A stretch of DNA of 63,804 nucleotides, filler included, from Craspedostauros australis (lineage: Eukaryota), in the NCBI GenBank assembly GCA_030167865.1. It is 4 parts of 4 records of this genome, joined end to end, with 100 filler letters (N's around TTAATTAATTAA, not from the genome) between each part and the next. Parts side by side here need not be neighbours in the genome. Positions count along the whole stretch, not along the records: positions 1 to 23,533 come from JALAGF010004476.1; 3 more parts are not named here. One strand, given 5' to 3'. The translations under genes and the position numbers were made by a program. The notes beneath the pieces were generated by a model. That model was not told where the DNA came from. It worked only from the letters and a program-made list of their open reading frames with translations, and did no database searches. Positions within the stretch are counted from its first letter, which is position 1; every line of letters begins with the position of its first letter. Positions 13,301 to 23,633 of the stretch are shown here, piece by piece.

Positions 13301-14592
13301 GCCTACGTTGGTCGCCACCGTCCTTCGGTGTTCCATCCATCGGGGCCGACAAGTTGGCCGCCTTCCAGGAGTGGCAAGAGACGAACGAGGAGATGATGAA
13401 TGAAGAACCATCGCATCAAAAGATGAAGATGAGGCAGATGCACGCGACGCTTTCCAACACGTTCCTGCACGCACTGGGAACGTCCGAACCTCACACCGGC
13501 ATCGACATGTTCACGTTGATGCTCGAGGAGCACTCGGAGTATCCGCAGGAATCTGCCTGCCGAGACCTGTTGATGATTCTGACGCGCGGGACGATGATGA
13601 CAGAGGGCAGCGAACACTACGTCATCGACGTGCAACGCATCGGCATGGTGCGAGCGTACTTTCGCAAGCTGATGAAGGTATGCCGCCACACACCCAAGCG
13701 GCTGACCTTTTACAGCTGGGAACACATCTTCCACCAGCCATGCTCCTCCCATCGCATCAAATGGTGGCAGTACTGCTTGGAGCGGCTGAACGTCTTGGTG
13801 TACTGCACGGATGCCGACGAACGAAGCGGCTTCGCGTCCACCGCATCGCTGCGTCGGCTTGCGTATTCCGTTTCCGTCCAGGGCAGTGCCATGGAGATCC
13901 TTGCGTCTGTGCTGGATCACTACTTGAAGCCTCTCGAAGATCAGAGTCAAACTACGAACACTGATGACAACGGTGGCAGCGAAGACAGCGGGAGCGATGA
14001 TCGCAACGCGGACAGCAGCGATGATGAGAGCGCGATGGACGACGCGATGGAAAGCTCGGGGGACGACAAGGAAGAGAAACTTCCAGCACACCGGCGCATT
14101 CCGCTAATCCGCGACATGATCACCATTCACGGGTTGGAAGCCGTGACGAAGCTGCTGATGGAGGCCTACGTGCGGGCATGGTTGAAGTTCGGACAGATCC
14201 TGCTCTCAAAGGCCCGCGTTGCCAACAAGAACGTGCCCTGTGACGTGCAGCAGGTGTTGGTTGATGGCTCGTGGCAGGTGGTGGAGAACTTGGCATGTGC
14301 AGTGTCTTGGATGTACTGGCTGACGAAGCAGGAGAATGGAGAATCCAACCGACGGCGCCGGCAGCGGCGCATGGACACGACCTTCGCACGCTGCGTCAGC
14401 GCATGCTGGCACGCCCAGAAACAGCACAGCGCCGATCCGTGGAATTCGAAGTGGTGGAGGGCGACGGTCGACGAACGAGAAATTCAGCTGGAGATGATCG
14501 TGCTGCTGGATCGCATGGGGCTGGGAGAGGACACGTTGGAACGAATCTCGCAACAACTTCACGTCCAGCAACAGTACAATGCGCTGCGATAA
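10372..14592 (+). CDS. 1406-aa probable nuclear protein with an FHA-like domain, two Tudor-like domains and a helical C-terminus
   Basis: Long uninterrupted ORF. CYIGRS...LGIT...WISRKQLQV resembles PNKP/aprataxin-type FHA. RVRAWY...WYFGTI...IKFDDGS and IGDLVMANYQDKGQWFRGRV...VLYDDGDWE match Tudor consensus. Basic NLS-like clusters are present. Confidence 0.8.
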   Translation: MLSTPAARDQTVSMDTHAQIHASAPASATVPSAATAQAVSQPPLSAQSNINPASAFRSPPSAARSLDRRSASGGPGSPATPHLLRSQLAWPSDRSPRRRPKMGLIRIDARGQPVPNAAVVLLRNSCYIGRSPQQRPSLKRVPDASPQSSSQQTDMTNIGSGLALGSTLGSTSGRAVGSSRHLPLGITKENGDWISRKQLQVMNIGYGYVGLRLTANTHSPSCVSAVRYKQPSSSSAAGEPEISQRLVFSDCITTKLRTHDVIEFLNGRQEADGNIAAEAVCHRFLIVDESTNATPNIPDSPSPFPVSSSTASNPQMQQQQSSTEHLGAATETRRDEEARIVERSSDAPPPTPDTAKSAPEMPRSTKNASPTPNNNHDPLNDTMETLQESISDVAHEAPPDASKQAPKIRTMRRSIRVTKKVAAAMKRRNGSESPTRRSTRLHPSINDDATGGDNAPIAKRVKREHDAARQADDASPKQARASRRRHASVTTANTKSNSPTNTTAISSNDGKKDETEDVQKTGGVTTPQRSMSLRQRNLEAGSRVRAWYSSGTDIWAGEEKREAAGGWYFGTIIDSLDHSRSTRTRRVGDKKVSIKFDDGSTDVCSANQVEPLEYCEVQVHARKHDTITLQAEQVVGTEERAYRLGCELKPNEWHIGDLVMANYQDKGQWFRGRVVRIAIGGKQHTISWTSNVATASCKPQAMFLDVLYDDGDWECNIPLLVNSNVSCVRWLESWSHRDWMIGLHVPRWTKISHIDDKTDMVSFPSKAKAMSVEDAWQRLWSSMQRNLHKSIEWARSPGNCEIMNNDDDSSPGGTETKENDPSQRSHANEAPDVCVEHDVCDTAMQENNKDDDGNRNSDVVMNHVDGNEASANENAIQNTNGDANGDVNSHANGSVADKVNEGQLCESPKRRRSARRAAAQQVSPDPPGSRVVRYDGPADDTPLVQPQEIEGGRSSDSDIEVLRTIQYPKTQPTSLQGLRWSPPSFGVPSIGADKLAAFQEWQETNEEMMNEEPSHQKMKMRQMHATLSNTFLHALGTSEPHTGIDMFTLMLEEHSEYPQESACRDLLMILTRGTMMTEGSEHYVIDVQRIGMVRAYFRKLMKVCRHTPKRLTFYSWEHIFHQPCSSHRIKWWQYCLERLNVLVYCTDADERSGFASTASLRRLAYSVSVQGSAMEILASVLDHYLKPLEDQSQTTNTDDNGGSEDSGSDDRNADSSDDESAMDDAMESSGDDKEEKLPAHRRIPLIRDMITIHGLEAVTKLLMEAYVRAWLKFGQILLSKARVANKNVPCDVQQVLVDGSWQVVENLACAVSWMYWLTKQENGESNRRRRQRRMDTTFARCVSACWHAQKQHSADPWNSKWWRATVDEREIQLEMIVLLDRMGLGEDTLERISQQLHVQQQYNALR

Positions 14593-14937
14593 GAACCCCC
14601 GTCTCCGCTCGCAGGAAGAAAGGCCTGAAGTGAATGATAATGCCAAATGGCCTCGCACTACCCGCGTGTCCAATAGCAATGCCCCGGTCCATAGTGCTAC
14701 AGTATAAAATAATTCTGACTGTCCTGCGTTATTCGATGCTGCGCTGTGCCAATTAAATGGAATGGCCTGCGTTTGAGACATCGACAGGATGCGAGCAATC
14801 CAAGCAGAGCAGAATACGACAGCGTAGAGTCGCACTATACAGAATAGTGATAGTGGGAATATGTAGTTAAAGCAGAATAGTGATAATAGCATGCAATTAC
14901 GAGTACTCATAGCAGCGCTTCATGATCCCCAACGCGA

Positions 14938-15990
14938 TCAGGCGGTGCGCGACCGCTTCGATGGATGCAACAAGGATTCGTCATGATCATCCGGGTCCAC
15001 GCAACCAAACAGGCGATCCCCAGCGTCTCCGAGTCCTGGCAAGACAATTCCGTCTTTGGTGAGGATGCTGTCGACCGTCCCGACGGTGATTTGGACATCG
15101 GGATGCTGTTCCTCGATGGTGGCAAGTCCTTCGGAGCTGCCGAGCACGGACACGAGATGGATCTTCGGCACGCCCCACTGCGTGTTGCAACATGATGGAA
15201 ATAGAGCATGGAGTCGGGTGAGATGTATGCGGCGATTGTCGTGTGAGAAATGGAATGAATTGAAACGAAGCGAAATGGAAGCGGGTGCAAGCAAGCAAGA
15301 TGCACGGAAAGTGGCGTGGCACGATGCTCGCAAGTACATTATAGTATGATGTAATGCCGTATAATACGTTGGAACGCATATGCAGCGACGTACCTTCTTG
15401 AGCATGGCGATGGCCGCGAGCGAAGTTTGGGCCGAGGCGATGACGGGATCGAGGACGATGGCCGCGTCGGATGCGCACTTGCGAGGCAGACGGTTGAAGT
15501 ACTGCACGGGGGCAGATCCCGGTATGCGGTACATGCCGATGTGATAGACGGAGGCCTTGGGCAAGAGCTCCAGCATGCTGTCGGACATGCCCAATCCGGA
15601 GCGCAGGATGGGAACGACGGCGACGCGCTCGATCAGCTTGTCGCCGGTGCAATCCAGATGATCGTTGGGGCTTTCCTTGCCGGCGCTGACGCTGACGGGG
15701 ATGGGACGCGTCGTGAGGCCGGCGGTCGCCTCGTACCCGAGGTGGTAAGTGATCTCGCGAAGCACGGAACGGAATTGGCCGGAGGGGGTGTTGGCGGAGC
15801 GCAGGATGCTGATTTTGTGCAGGAGAACTGGATGCTTCGAGATGTGGACGCTGGGGCCGAAGGTGTGCTTCTCGGTGGCGGCGGTCGCGTCAGTGCTGTC
15901 CTCGCTGACTGCCGTCGCATCCTTCACTTCCTTCGAGGCCTTCAGCGGTGCTTCTGCCATGGTCGTGTCTGTTTCTGGGGCCACCGTCAT
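14938..15990 (-). CDS. UPRT: Uracil phosphoribosyltransferase; exons 15990-15394 and 15177-14938 (278 aa)
   Basis: Motifs VPILRSGLGM, HIGMYR, LDPVIAS (PRPP loop), HPDV.I and PGLGDAGDRLFG. A 216-nt GTACGT...CAG intron removes the non-homologous insert. Confidence 0.95.
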   Translation of the reverse strand: MTVAPETDTTMAEAPLKASKEVKDATAVSEDSTDATAATEKHTFGPSVHISKHPVLLHKISILRSANTPSGQFRSVLREITYHLGYEATAGLTTRPIPVSVSAGKESPNDHLDCTGDKLIERVAVVPILRSGLGMSDSMLELLPKASVYHIGMYRIPGSAPVQYFNRLPRKCASDAAIVLDPVIASAQTSLAAIAMLKKVRRCICVPTYYTALHHTIMYLRASCHATFRASCLLAPASISLRFNSFHFSHDNRRIHLTRLHALFPSCCNTQWGVPKIHLVSVLGSSEGLATIEEQHPDVQITVGTVDSILTKDGIVLPGLGDAGDRLFGCVDPDDHDESLLHPSKRSRTA

Positions 15991-17512
15991 CTTCGTATCG
16001 TTTCCTTCTGTCTGTGGTGGTCGTTCTATTGTTGTGTTGTTGTTGTTCCGTTGTCTATCTATTATAGAATACTTGGATGTCTCTGTCTATCTGCAATGTA
16101 ATGCTATTCTATATAATATTCTACCTGCCTTGGTGATGTTGGTTTGTGTGGAGGTGGAATTGCGGCCGCGGATGATTGATGTTCAAATGAAAACAGAATT
16201 GTGTGCCCACAACCATGTCGGAAGTTGCTGTCATCGTTGCCGTTGCTCTGGTGTTGTCGACATCGTTGTTGTTGTTGTCGCGTCGTGATGTTCATCGTCA
16301 TTGCACAGAGAGAGAGAGTCTTCGCGTCATCTCCCTTCATTTTGTTTCGTTGAAGTTCGTTCTTTTGTTCCGTTCTGATGCAATCGTGCTCCGCGTTGTG
16401 CGTTGCGTGTGGTGCGTCGTGTCCCAAAAGAGACAAGGTCATCATCATCATGTTTCGAACGTGTGTCACCATCAAGAAGAAAAGATTCCTTTTCCAATTT
16501 CGGCCGTTCGGCGAATCGATGTCGCTGTCCTTCTTTGTGACGTCATGCGATTATGAAGATCCTTCTCATCTACTCGACCACATGGATTAAATAGATTCGT
16601 TCTATCGATCATGTACTCCGTCTGTCGTGTCACGCTATCCGATGAAATATATGATTATTATATCTCCCTCACATCCCAAATTGAGACTAACACAGTATTG
16701 TCGACGTCACGATCTGTGCATTTGCACTGATTGACACCATGACATCAGTCAACTTCAATTTCCGAAGGATTGGACAGAGTTCGACTTGTCGACGTCAGCA
16801 GATTGCAAACGCCAGGTTTGAAATAAGAACTTGAGAACTTGTGACGTCTGCTTTGCGTGGAATTTGTCCCTGAGACAGCCATGCAGTGCCTGTTGTTGTT
16901 GTGCGGCTTGTGTTTGGGCATCGGAACGATACTCCGGAGTGAAAGTGGAAGCTCGCGGTTCATCTCGTCCACGAGGACACGGAATTGAGGTAGAATTGGC
17001 ATGATGAATTCCTTTGTTCGATCCCGGCGCAATGGTGGACTGCGCAGATGGAAATGAGAAAGCACGCAAACGGCCCTCTGCTCACACGAGAATCGGTCGC
17101 AGCACGTCGAGGAGAACACAAGAGCAGCATGAAGATTCGTGGGACAATGGAGTGTTCTCATTCTCAGACTGTGATGGGAGAGATGGCTGTGTGACCGGAT
17201 GATGGCATTGGTGATGATGTGTGGCGTCATCAGTGTCGGCAATGAGTCGTGCTGTTGCATTGCGTGAGATGCCCAGAGATTCAGCAGAGCGGACATCCAG
17301 TTCCCAACCTGCTCTGCGTCTGCACCGAAATGGAATTGAGGAGGGTACCTTCTGGACTGTTCTACTGGCGCGCACCTGCATTGTATGAAATGACCCAATC
17401 TTTATCGTTTAATCATGGCGATGTTCTAGGACATCGACGGTTGATGCCATCGTGCGTCGCCTCCAGTGTTGCGGCTGCTTTACAAGATGTGTGTGTGTGG
17501 TGTTCTCCACCT

Positions 17513-18328
17513 TCATCGCTCAGCGGTTGCGACTGCCGGCTTGCCACTGGAGTAAGGACAGCTCGCATCACCCACGGCGGACAAGGGGCAGCTCATCTGG
17601 ACGTGAGATTGCAGCCGCTGCTCCAGCTCCTTCAGGAAGGGTCGCGTGATGCGCATCTCTTCGACCAATCCACCCTGCGGATGGTAGATGTGGCCGAATG
17701 GCAGCGATGGCACGCCGAGGCCCTGATGCAGGTTGGTGTTGCGTTCCGTGGCCGGGACATTGACGAACTGCACCTGCGGGTAGCGCTGCGCCAATCGGTA
17801 GTAGTACGGCTCCATGGCCTTGCAGGCCTTGCACCATGGTGCGTAGAACCTCACGCACACCAACCGCGTGGCTTCGTCGCCAACCACCGTCTTGTACTCC
17901 GCAAGGGTCTCGACTTCGCAAACGTTCGCTGGCAGTGATCGGGACAAGGACTGCCGTCTCTGCTGGCGCTGTTGCTCCTGTGCTTCGTCCTGGAAGGCGG
18001 CCTGTCGCATGCGGTCCTGGAAGGTAGGGCTTCCACTGCGTGAGTTCCGCTGGTTCTGCCGTCTGTTGTTGCGGAACGGCGATGTGGATGGCGATGCCCA
18101 CGATGGTGGCGATGAGGCTGTTGTTGGTGTAAGGATGTCTGGATGACTCGCTGCAATCGATGCCTTCTTGGATGTGCTGGTCGCGGCCGTCCGTCTCTGC
18201 GATGAGGTCGGTGATGATCCCTGGAGCTTTCGGACGGAGGTCTGCACCGGAGGCTTGTAGTTCATGGTGGCGGTGAACGCGCAGGTTGATTGGCAGTGTA
18301 GTGCGGTGAGAAGGATGAGGAGGAGCAT
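17513..18328 (-). CDS. Plastid-targeted atypical thioredoxin (WCKAC active site)
   Basis: VCVRFYAPWCKACKAM...YPQVQFVNV...LGVPSLP thioredoxin fold. The ATG at 18328 gives signal peptide MLLLILLTALHCQSTCA|F and an S/T/R-rich transit peptide. The ORF extends upstream to 18466, so the start is uncertain. Confidence 0.88.
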   Translation of the reverse strand: MLLLILLTALHCQSTCAFTATMNYKPPVQTSVRKLQGSSPTSSQRRTAATSTSKKASIAASHPDILTPTTASSPPSWASPSTSPFRNNRRQNQRNSRSGSPTFQDRMRQAAFQDEAQEQQRQQRRQSLSRSLPANVCEVETLAEYKTVVGDEATRLVCVRFYAPWCKACKAMEPYYYRLAQRYPQVQFVNVPATERNTNLHQGLGVPSLPFGHIYHPQGGLVEEMRITRPFLKELEQRLQSHVQMSCPLSAVGDASCPYSSGKPAVATAER

Positions 18329-20544
18329 TGTGGTGGCATTGGTGATGGTGCTTGTGAAGCGAGATGATGATGAAGATGAGGCATCAAAAGACCGCGATGA
18401 TGGCTGCTGTCTGCGCGCCATTGGTGCCGCTGTTGTTGATGATGATGGTGATGATGTCTGTCTCATTGTGATGGTTGTTCTGTTGCTGCTGTGATTGTCT
18501 TGGTTGTTGTGGATTGTGTGCTTGGTGCTGCGAAATTGTGGGCACGTTGGTGGTGCCGCTGAGCTGGGAGAAACGTTGGTGTGTGCGGTTGTGCTGAACT
18601 GTTCGACGGAAAACTTGTGGCAAAACTGGAATCAACAGAACTCCACTGCAATACACTTCACTACACTACGCTGTCTGGTTCGTGTTGTTCGTGTGGGTCT
18701 TGATGGCTTGTTGGCTGGTTGATGTCTGTGATGATGACGATGACAGCACTGATGCAAGTTATCTGCGTTTGCGTTTGTGGATGTGGCCGTTTCTGATGCA
18801 GTTGCAGTATTCGTGATCGCCTAAGTATTCGTACTCGTGCGAATGGAGGAGTGGAACAACACTGACTTTATTCTGCTTCGTTGGCTGTTGTTGCGCGGAC
18901 TATTTGCAAAACGTGTGCGAAGTCTGTTGTGCGTGGTTTGGATTTTGTGGCTTCTGTCTTGTGTGGACGATTGCCATGGGCTGACCGTGCTGATGACTGT
19001 GCTGATGATGGTGATTGTGATTGTGATTGTGCTGGTGATGGCTTGGCTGATGTGATGGTTGTGACGACGACGATGATGGCTGATGTGATGGTTGTGACGA
19101 TGATGATGTGATGATGTTTGAGGAGGCCGGTTGCTTTGTGAACGACTCTCTTGGACAGTGGCTCGCAGTCTGGCAACAGGTGCGTCGTGGCAGTGTGCAC
19201 ACTTGTGATGTACCTGTTACTGCGAGAGTACCGTGTGCTTGTGCCGCGGTTGAACTTGTTCTGGTTCTGCCTCTTGTCCATTGGCTGTCGAAGGCAGTTC
19301 TTTTCGTCGTTGCTCTCTCCGTTCATCGGCAGACGGAAAGGTATCCCCTCGTTCGTTTTCTCCTTTTGGCCTTGAACGGAGGATTCAAACGTGCTTGTTT
19401 GCAAAGGCCGCTCGCGAATCTCTCCGGGTTTCGATGATGGATGCATCGATTGGTTGATTGGTTCCCACGTTGAGGTGGGAATCTCTGCTGGATTGTGCGT
19501 GCACGAACTTGCAGCCCGAGTCTGGCCGTCGTCAGAATAGATTCGATCAACAACAATCGATTGAGTCGACATGGAAGAACGACATCAAGGCATCGGCGAC
19601 CTCCGTGTGGCGATGTCTCAATCGTGTGTTCGAGCTAAATTTGTCATGAACCGTTCCAAGATCCAAGATTGTTCGAACGGCTGCATTCCAGAACGTCATC
19701 ACTCGCAACCACAGGAGAACCAGTTAAATCTAGTCTTGGCGAAGATAGAAGTACGAAGTTGTGCATGCAATTGGTCGTAGTAGTAGGCGCAGTTTGATGT
19801 TGGCAGCCTCTCTCTCTCTCTCTCTCCCTATGCACATGAAACAGAGTATAATACTAATCTATTCATGACAGATTTATCAGCTGTCGTTTGCAATGAGGCG
19901 GCATGCGGCATCAATTCGGCTGGAGGACTGTAGATAGTATAGTACGCTGTGTTGTATGAATGCGCTGCTACCATACTACGAGAGTGGAATCTTGGACAGT
20001 GTGGTCCCCGCGCGACCAATAGTCTGCCCTCTGGTCCATCAGTATTGGTAGATGCCGATGGGACCTCTCAACAAGTTGTTAGGCGTATGCCTACGAGGTT
20101 CTATGATATGAAAGATTCAATAGCCACAGAACATGAAAGCTGCGAGCGTGGTTGCGGTTGCTACACGGTCGGTGTTCATCCTTCGAAGCATGGTTTCAAG
20201 GAGTGGATAGTGCTGATTCGTGCGAGATTGTCCCAGAGAGTCGCGGACTTTGGCACGGCCGATAAAGCGGGTGGTATTCATAGATCGTATTATGTACGCC
20301 ACTCTGCTCTGCTTGGCTCTACAAGTACATGGTTGACGACACTGATCGTTCGAGCAAGTGCGGAAGTTACTAGCCTGTGACGTGAAGGATCTATCCTAAC
20401 CCAAGTTCAAGCACCAACTCCAGCAGCTGCTCTGTCCACAAGCGGCTCTGCTAATGTGTGATGTCATGGAGTTGCAACATGGCACCATGAGGTGTTGTGT
20501 GGTGGTGTGCCAATTGCATTTCCAATACACCGTTCTGCCCGAAC

Positions 20545-23533
20545 ATAATAATAATAATAACGCACTGATTATCCCCTCCCACGAGGGTCGCCTCGAAAGC
20601 TTTAACGTCGCCGGCCTACAGCGAGCCCTCACGGGCCGACTGCGCTCGAACGACCTACCTAGATCCCTCACATCTTGGTCTACCATGGTTTGCCAACTCC
20701 ACGGGCCATCAAACATACCGCACTGGGCACCCAGCTGTCACTGTAGCGCACTTCACACTCATTTTTCTGTTGTCACGAAAGTCGTCGTCGCCGGGCCCTG
20801 CGACCTGTCGCATCCTGCCTTGCTCCGCCGCCTTTCCGCTTGTGATGTCGTGTGGTGTGGCCGAGTGCACGTCGCCGCAACCCTGCTTGCCTGGCCGCCC
20901 GTACATGCCGCACCCACAACACCTGGTTCTCCGCCGATTGCGCTCGTACCGCTGCCTCCGTTGTGTGAGTCAGCAGGCGAACGTCATCGCCACCGATCCC
21001 TTGTACTCCTTGTCGCCACTCTTCTCGAACTGCTATCGCGGCCTCCTGCCACATCATAGCCGTCGTGGCTGCCTGTTCGCTGTCATGGAGCACCTTGTTG
21101 CGTGCCATCCACGCCTTCCATCGCACTTCCCACAAACCCACCATTGCTCTTGCGATCCAATTTGCCGGGCGTCCCGGTTGGCCACTGATCTCCATTGTGC
21201 TTTCCTGGATTCGTTGCCACCTCGCGGACCATCGGCCTCGTACCATCATTCCCCACCCTATTTCTTGCTGTTCTGCCATCGCCTGTTGCAGCTGATAACC
21301 CGACTCCATTTGGACTTCCCGTCCTTCACTCCACGCCCAGACTTGCTTCACCATTGCTCTAACCATCAGGCCGTCTCCTCGTGCTGCCATCATCTCAGTT
21401 TCCCACTCTTTCATCGCCGCTCGTCGCACTGACACCGCCAACGGATGCTGGCACTGCATGACATGCTCCGTGGTCTCCTCCTGGTCTTTGCATATTGGAC
21501 ACCTGTCGCTGCTCCAGAACTTCCACTTCCGCATGTTGCGCCCGACTGGCCCAAAACTGCACGCATGCTTCGCCACCCATTTCCGGCGTGCTGGCTTCAG
21601 GTAGGCCATCGCAATCGCAGCCGCTGTGACATCCACCTTCTTCGCTTCGCCCTTCCGGATCCGGCCCACCGTGCGCTGCCACTGCACTGTCCTTTGTCCT
21701 TGGACATACTTGCGAATCATCGCCGTGGCACTCGTGCAGACCTTCCTGTCGTCGAGCCATATCGCCCACTCGGCCTCGTACCCCTCTTCGTCGGCATACT
21801 CTATATCAACCGAATGTGCTGCCCCTGCCGCCTTGTCAACGTCGTCATTCCATTCTGCAAACTCGTCCCTCGCCACTCCTCGGTCTCGCTCCAGCTGATG
21901 GCCGTACACGTGCCGATACTCCAGAGTCACCGTCAGCCGCCTTTGAATTCGTCGTATCTCGCGAATGACGTCAAAGTGCTGCACTGCCGTGCTGACGTCC
22001 CGCGTGTACTGCACCGCGTGGATTCCAGCCATCTTATTGTCACAAGCGACCACGATGACCTTCCCCGTCACGGCGTGCTTCATGTCGTGGCGTTGAATGA
22101 TGTCTTCCACGTTGCGGAGAGCCTGCAAAATGCCACCAAGTTCTGCGCGATAGGCGCTCTGCACTTCGGTCCGGCCCGGCACTGGTCCTGTTGCTGACAC
22201 TCTGCCTTTCCGCCGCCCTCGCACGTTGAGCGAGTACGCCGCGGTACTCCTGCCGTTCTTAAACGACCCGTCGGTGCTCACCACTGCCTTCCCTTGTACC
22301 ACTGCCTCCAGCCACAACTTCTCCGCATGCCTTGAATTCGTACGGCTTTTTGTCCTGTGCTTCCGCACTCTTCCCCCGATTCCTACCACTCGTAAGCAAC
22401 CTCCTCGCTCTCGCACGTGGACCCCTCTCCAATCTGTCGGCGGGTCCTTCGTCACATTCGTCGTACCTGCGTACTCTTCCATGCCCGGCACCGCTCCTGC
22501 TTTAGCAACCCATTGTCTCCATTCTCGCACGTTCTCTCGAAGCCATATCACCTTGCGATTGTCGCTCATCATGGCGCTGACTTGGTCCACGTCCCATGCC
22601 GTACTCGTCCGTGCTGTCTTCGCCACTTTTCGTAACGCCTGCCTCCACAGCGCCCAGTCCTTCTTGGGGACGTTGCCCTGCCTTGGCCAGCTGACATGTT
22701 GCCGTCCTCGCCATGTGCCTTCATCGCAGGTCCTTTGGTGCGCCGCTACTCCACCGTGCTTCTCGTCCACCACATCTGCCACGCTGACCACCTTCATGAT
22801 CATTCGGCATCTGTTCAGTCGAGATCGCTGGGCCCGGCTGTATCCTGCTGCTTGGAATGCCACCGATAGCCACTCATCCTTGTCGTGGACGAGTGCTGCT
22901 GTCGCGGTCTTCTCTCGGATCCGGATATTGCATTCATTGGCCTCTCGCCACACCGTTTTCACCCAGCATGCCGTAGCCAGGAATTCCCATTCGTTGTAGT
23001 TGACTTCGAACATGGACGTTCCGGCCCCGACCTCCGTCTTCATCGCTTGTATGCATCCCCGCATCAGTTTGCCTGTCATGGTCGCTCTGTCGCCGTGCTC
23101 GAGCATCATCTTCATATGTTCCACCACTTGTGTGGTGTGAAGCTCGTGAAGGTTCGCCCCTAGCCACTCGTCCGTCGCGTAGGCCATCTCCCTTGGAAAC
23201 CCCCGGTTGAGACCAATCTTTGACATCATCGTCTTCCAGACTGGCTTCATAATCCTGTTGCATTGTTCCCTCGATAGTTGTGCCACTGGCAGCACATATT
23301 CCAGCTTTTTCATCAGAACTGTCCGTATCGCCGTCTCCGCATCTTCCTGTCGCATACGCCACGACTTCACATTCTCGACCCACTTCTCCGCCTTGCTTCT
23401 TAATGTGGCCTCTATCGCCGACCCGTTGCCATCGGGCGCGAGTTTCACGCCTAATGTTTCGAATGCTTGCTCGCTTCCGCTTCTTGGCATCGCTTGCGGT
23501 ACTCCCGTAGTCCCCTTCATCATCAGCTTGGCT
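20545..23533 (-). mobile_element. Non-LTR retrotransposon (LINE) 3' portion with RNase H, probably Ambal-like; 5' part lost at contig end
   Basis: The ORF ending at 20773 has the RT C-terminus (TLGVKLAPDG), RNase H (STDGSF, AYRAELGG, ACDN, HVYGH, NDDVDKAA), CPIC..EETTEHVMQC and W..RN motifs. A (TTA)5 tail at 20545-20560 marks the likely 3' end. The sequence is stop-free and CpG-rich. Confidence 0.9.
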
Positions 23534-23633
23534 NNNNNNNNNNNNNNNNNNNNNNNNNNNNNNNNNNNNNNNNNNNNTTAATTAATTAANNNNNNNNNNN
23601 NNNNNNNNNNNNNNNNNNNNNNNNNNNNNNNNN
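23534..23633. other. Artificial contig spacer
   Basis: 100 nt of N with a central TTAATTAATTAA six-frame stop linker. Confidence 0.97.

Noticed and set aside
18950..19115. GAT/GTT-rich stretch giving His-rich or hydrophobic ORFs
   Set aside because: Degenerate microsatellite, not evidence of coding.
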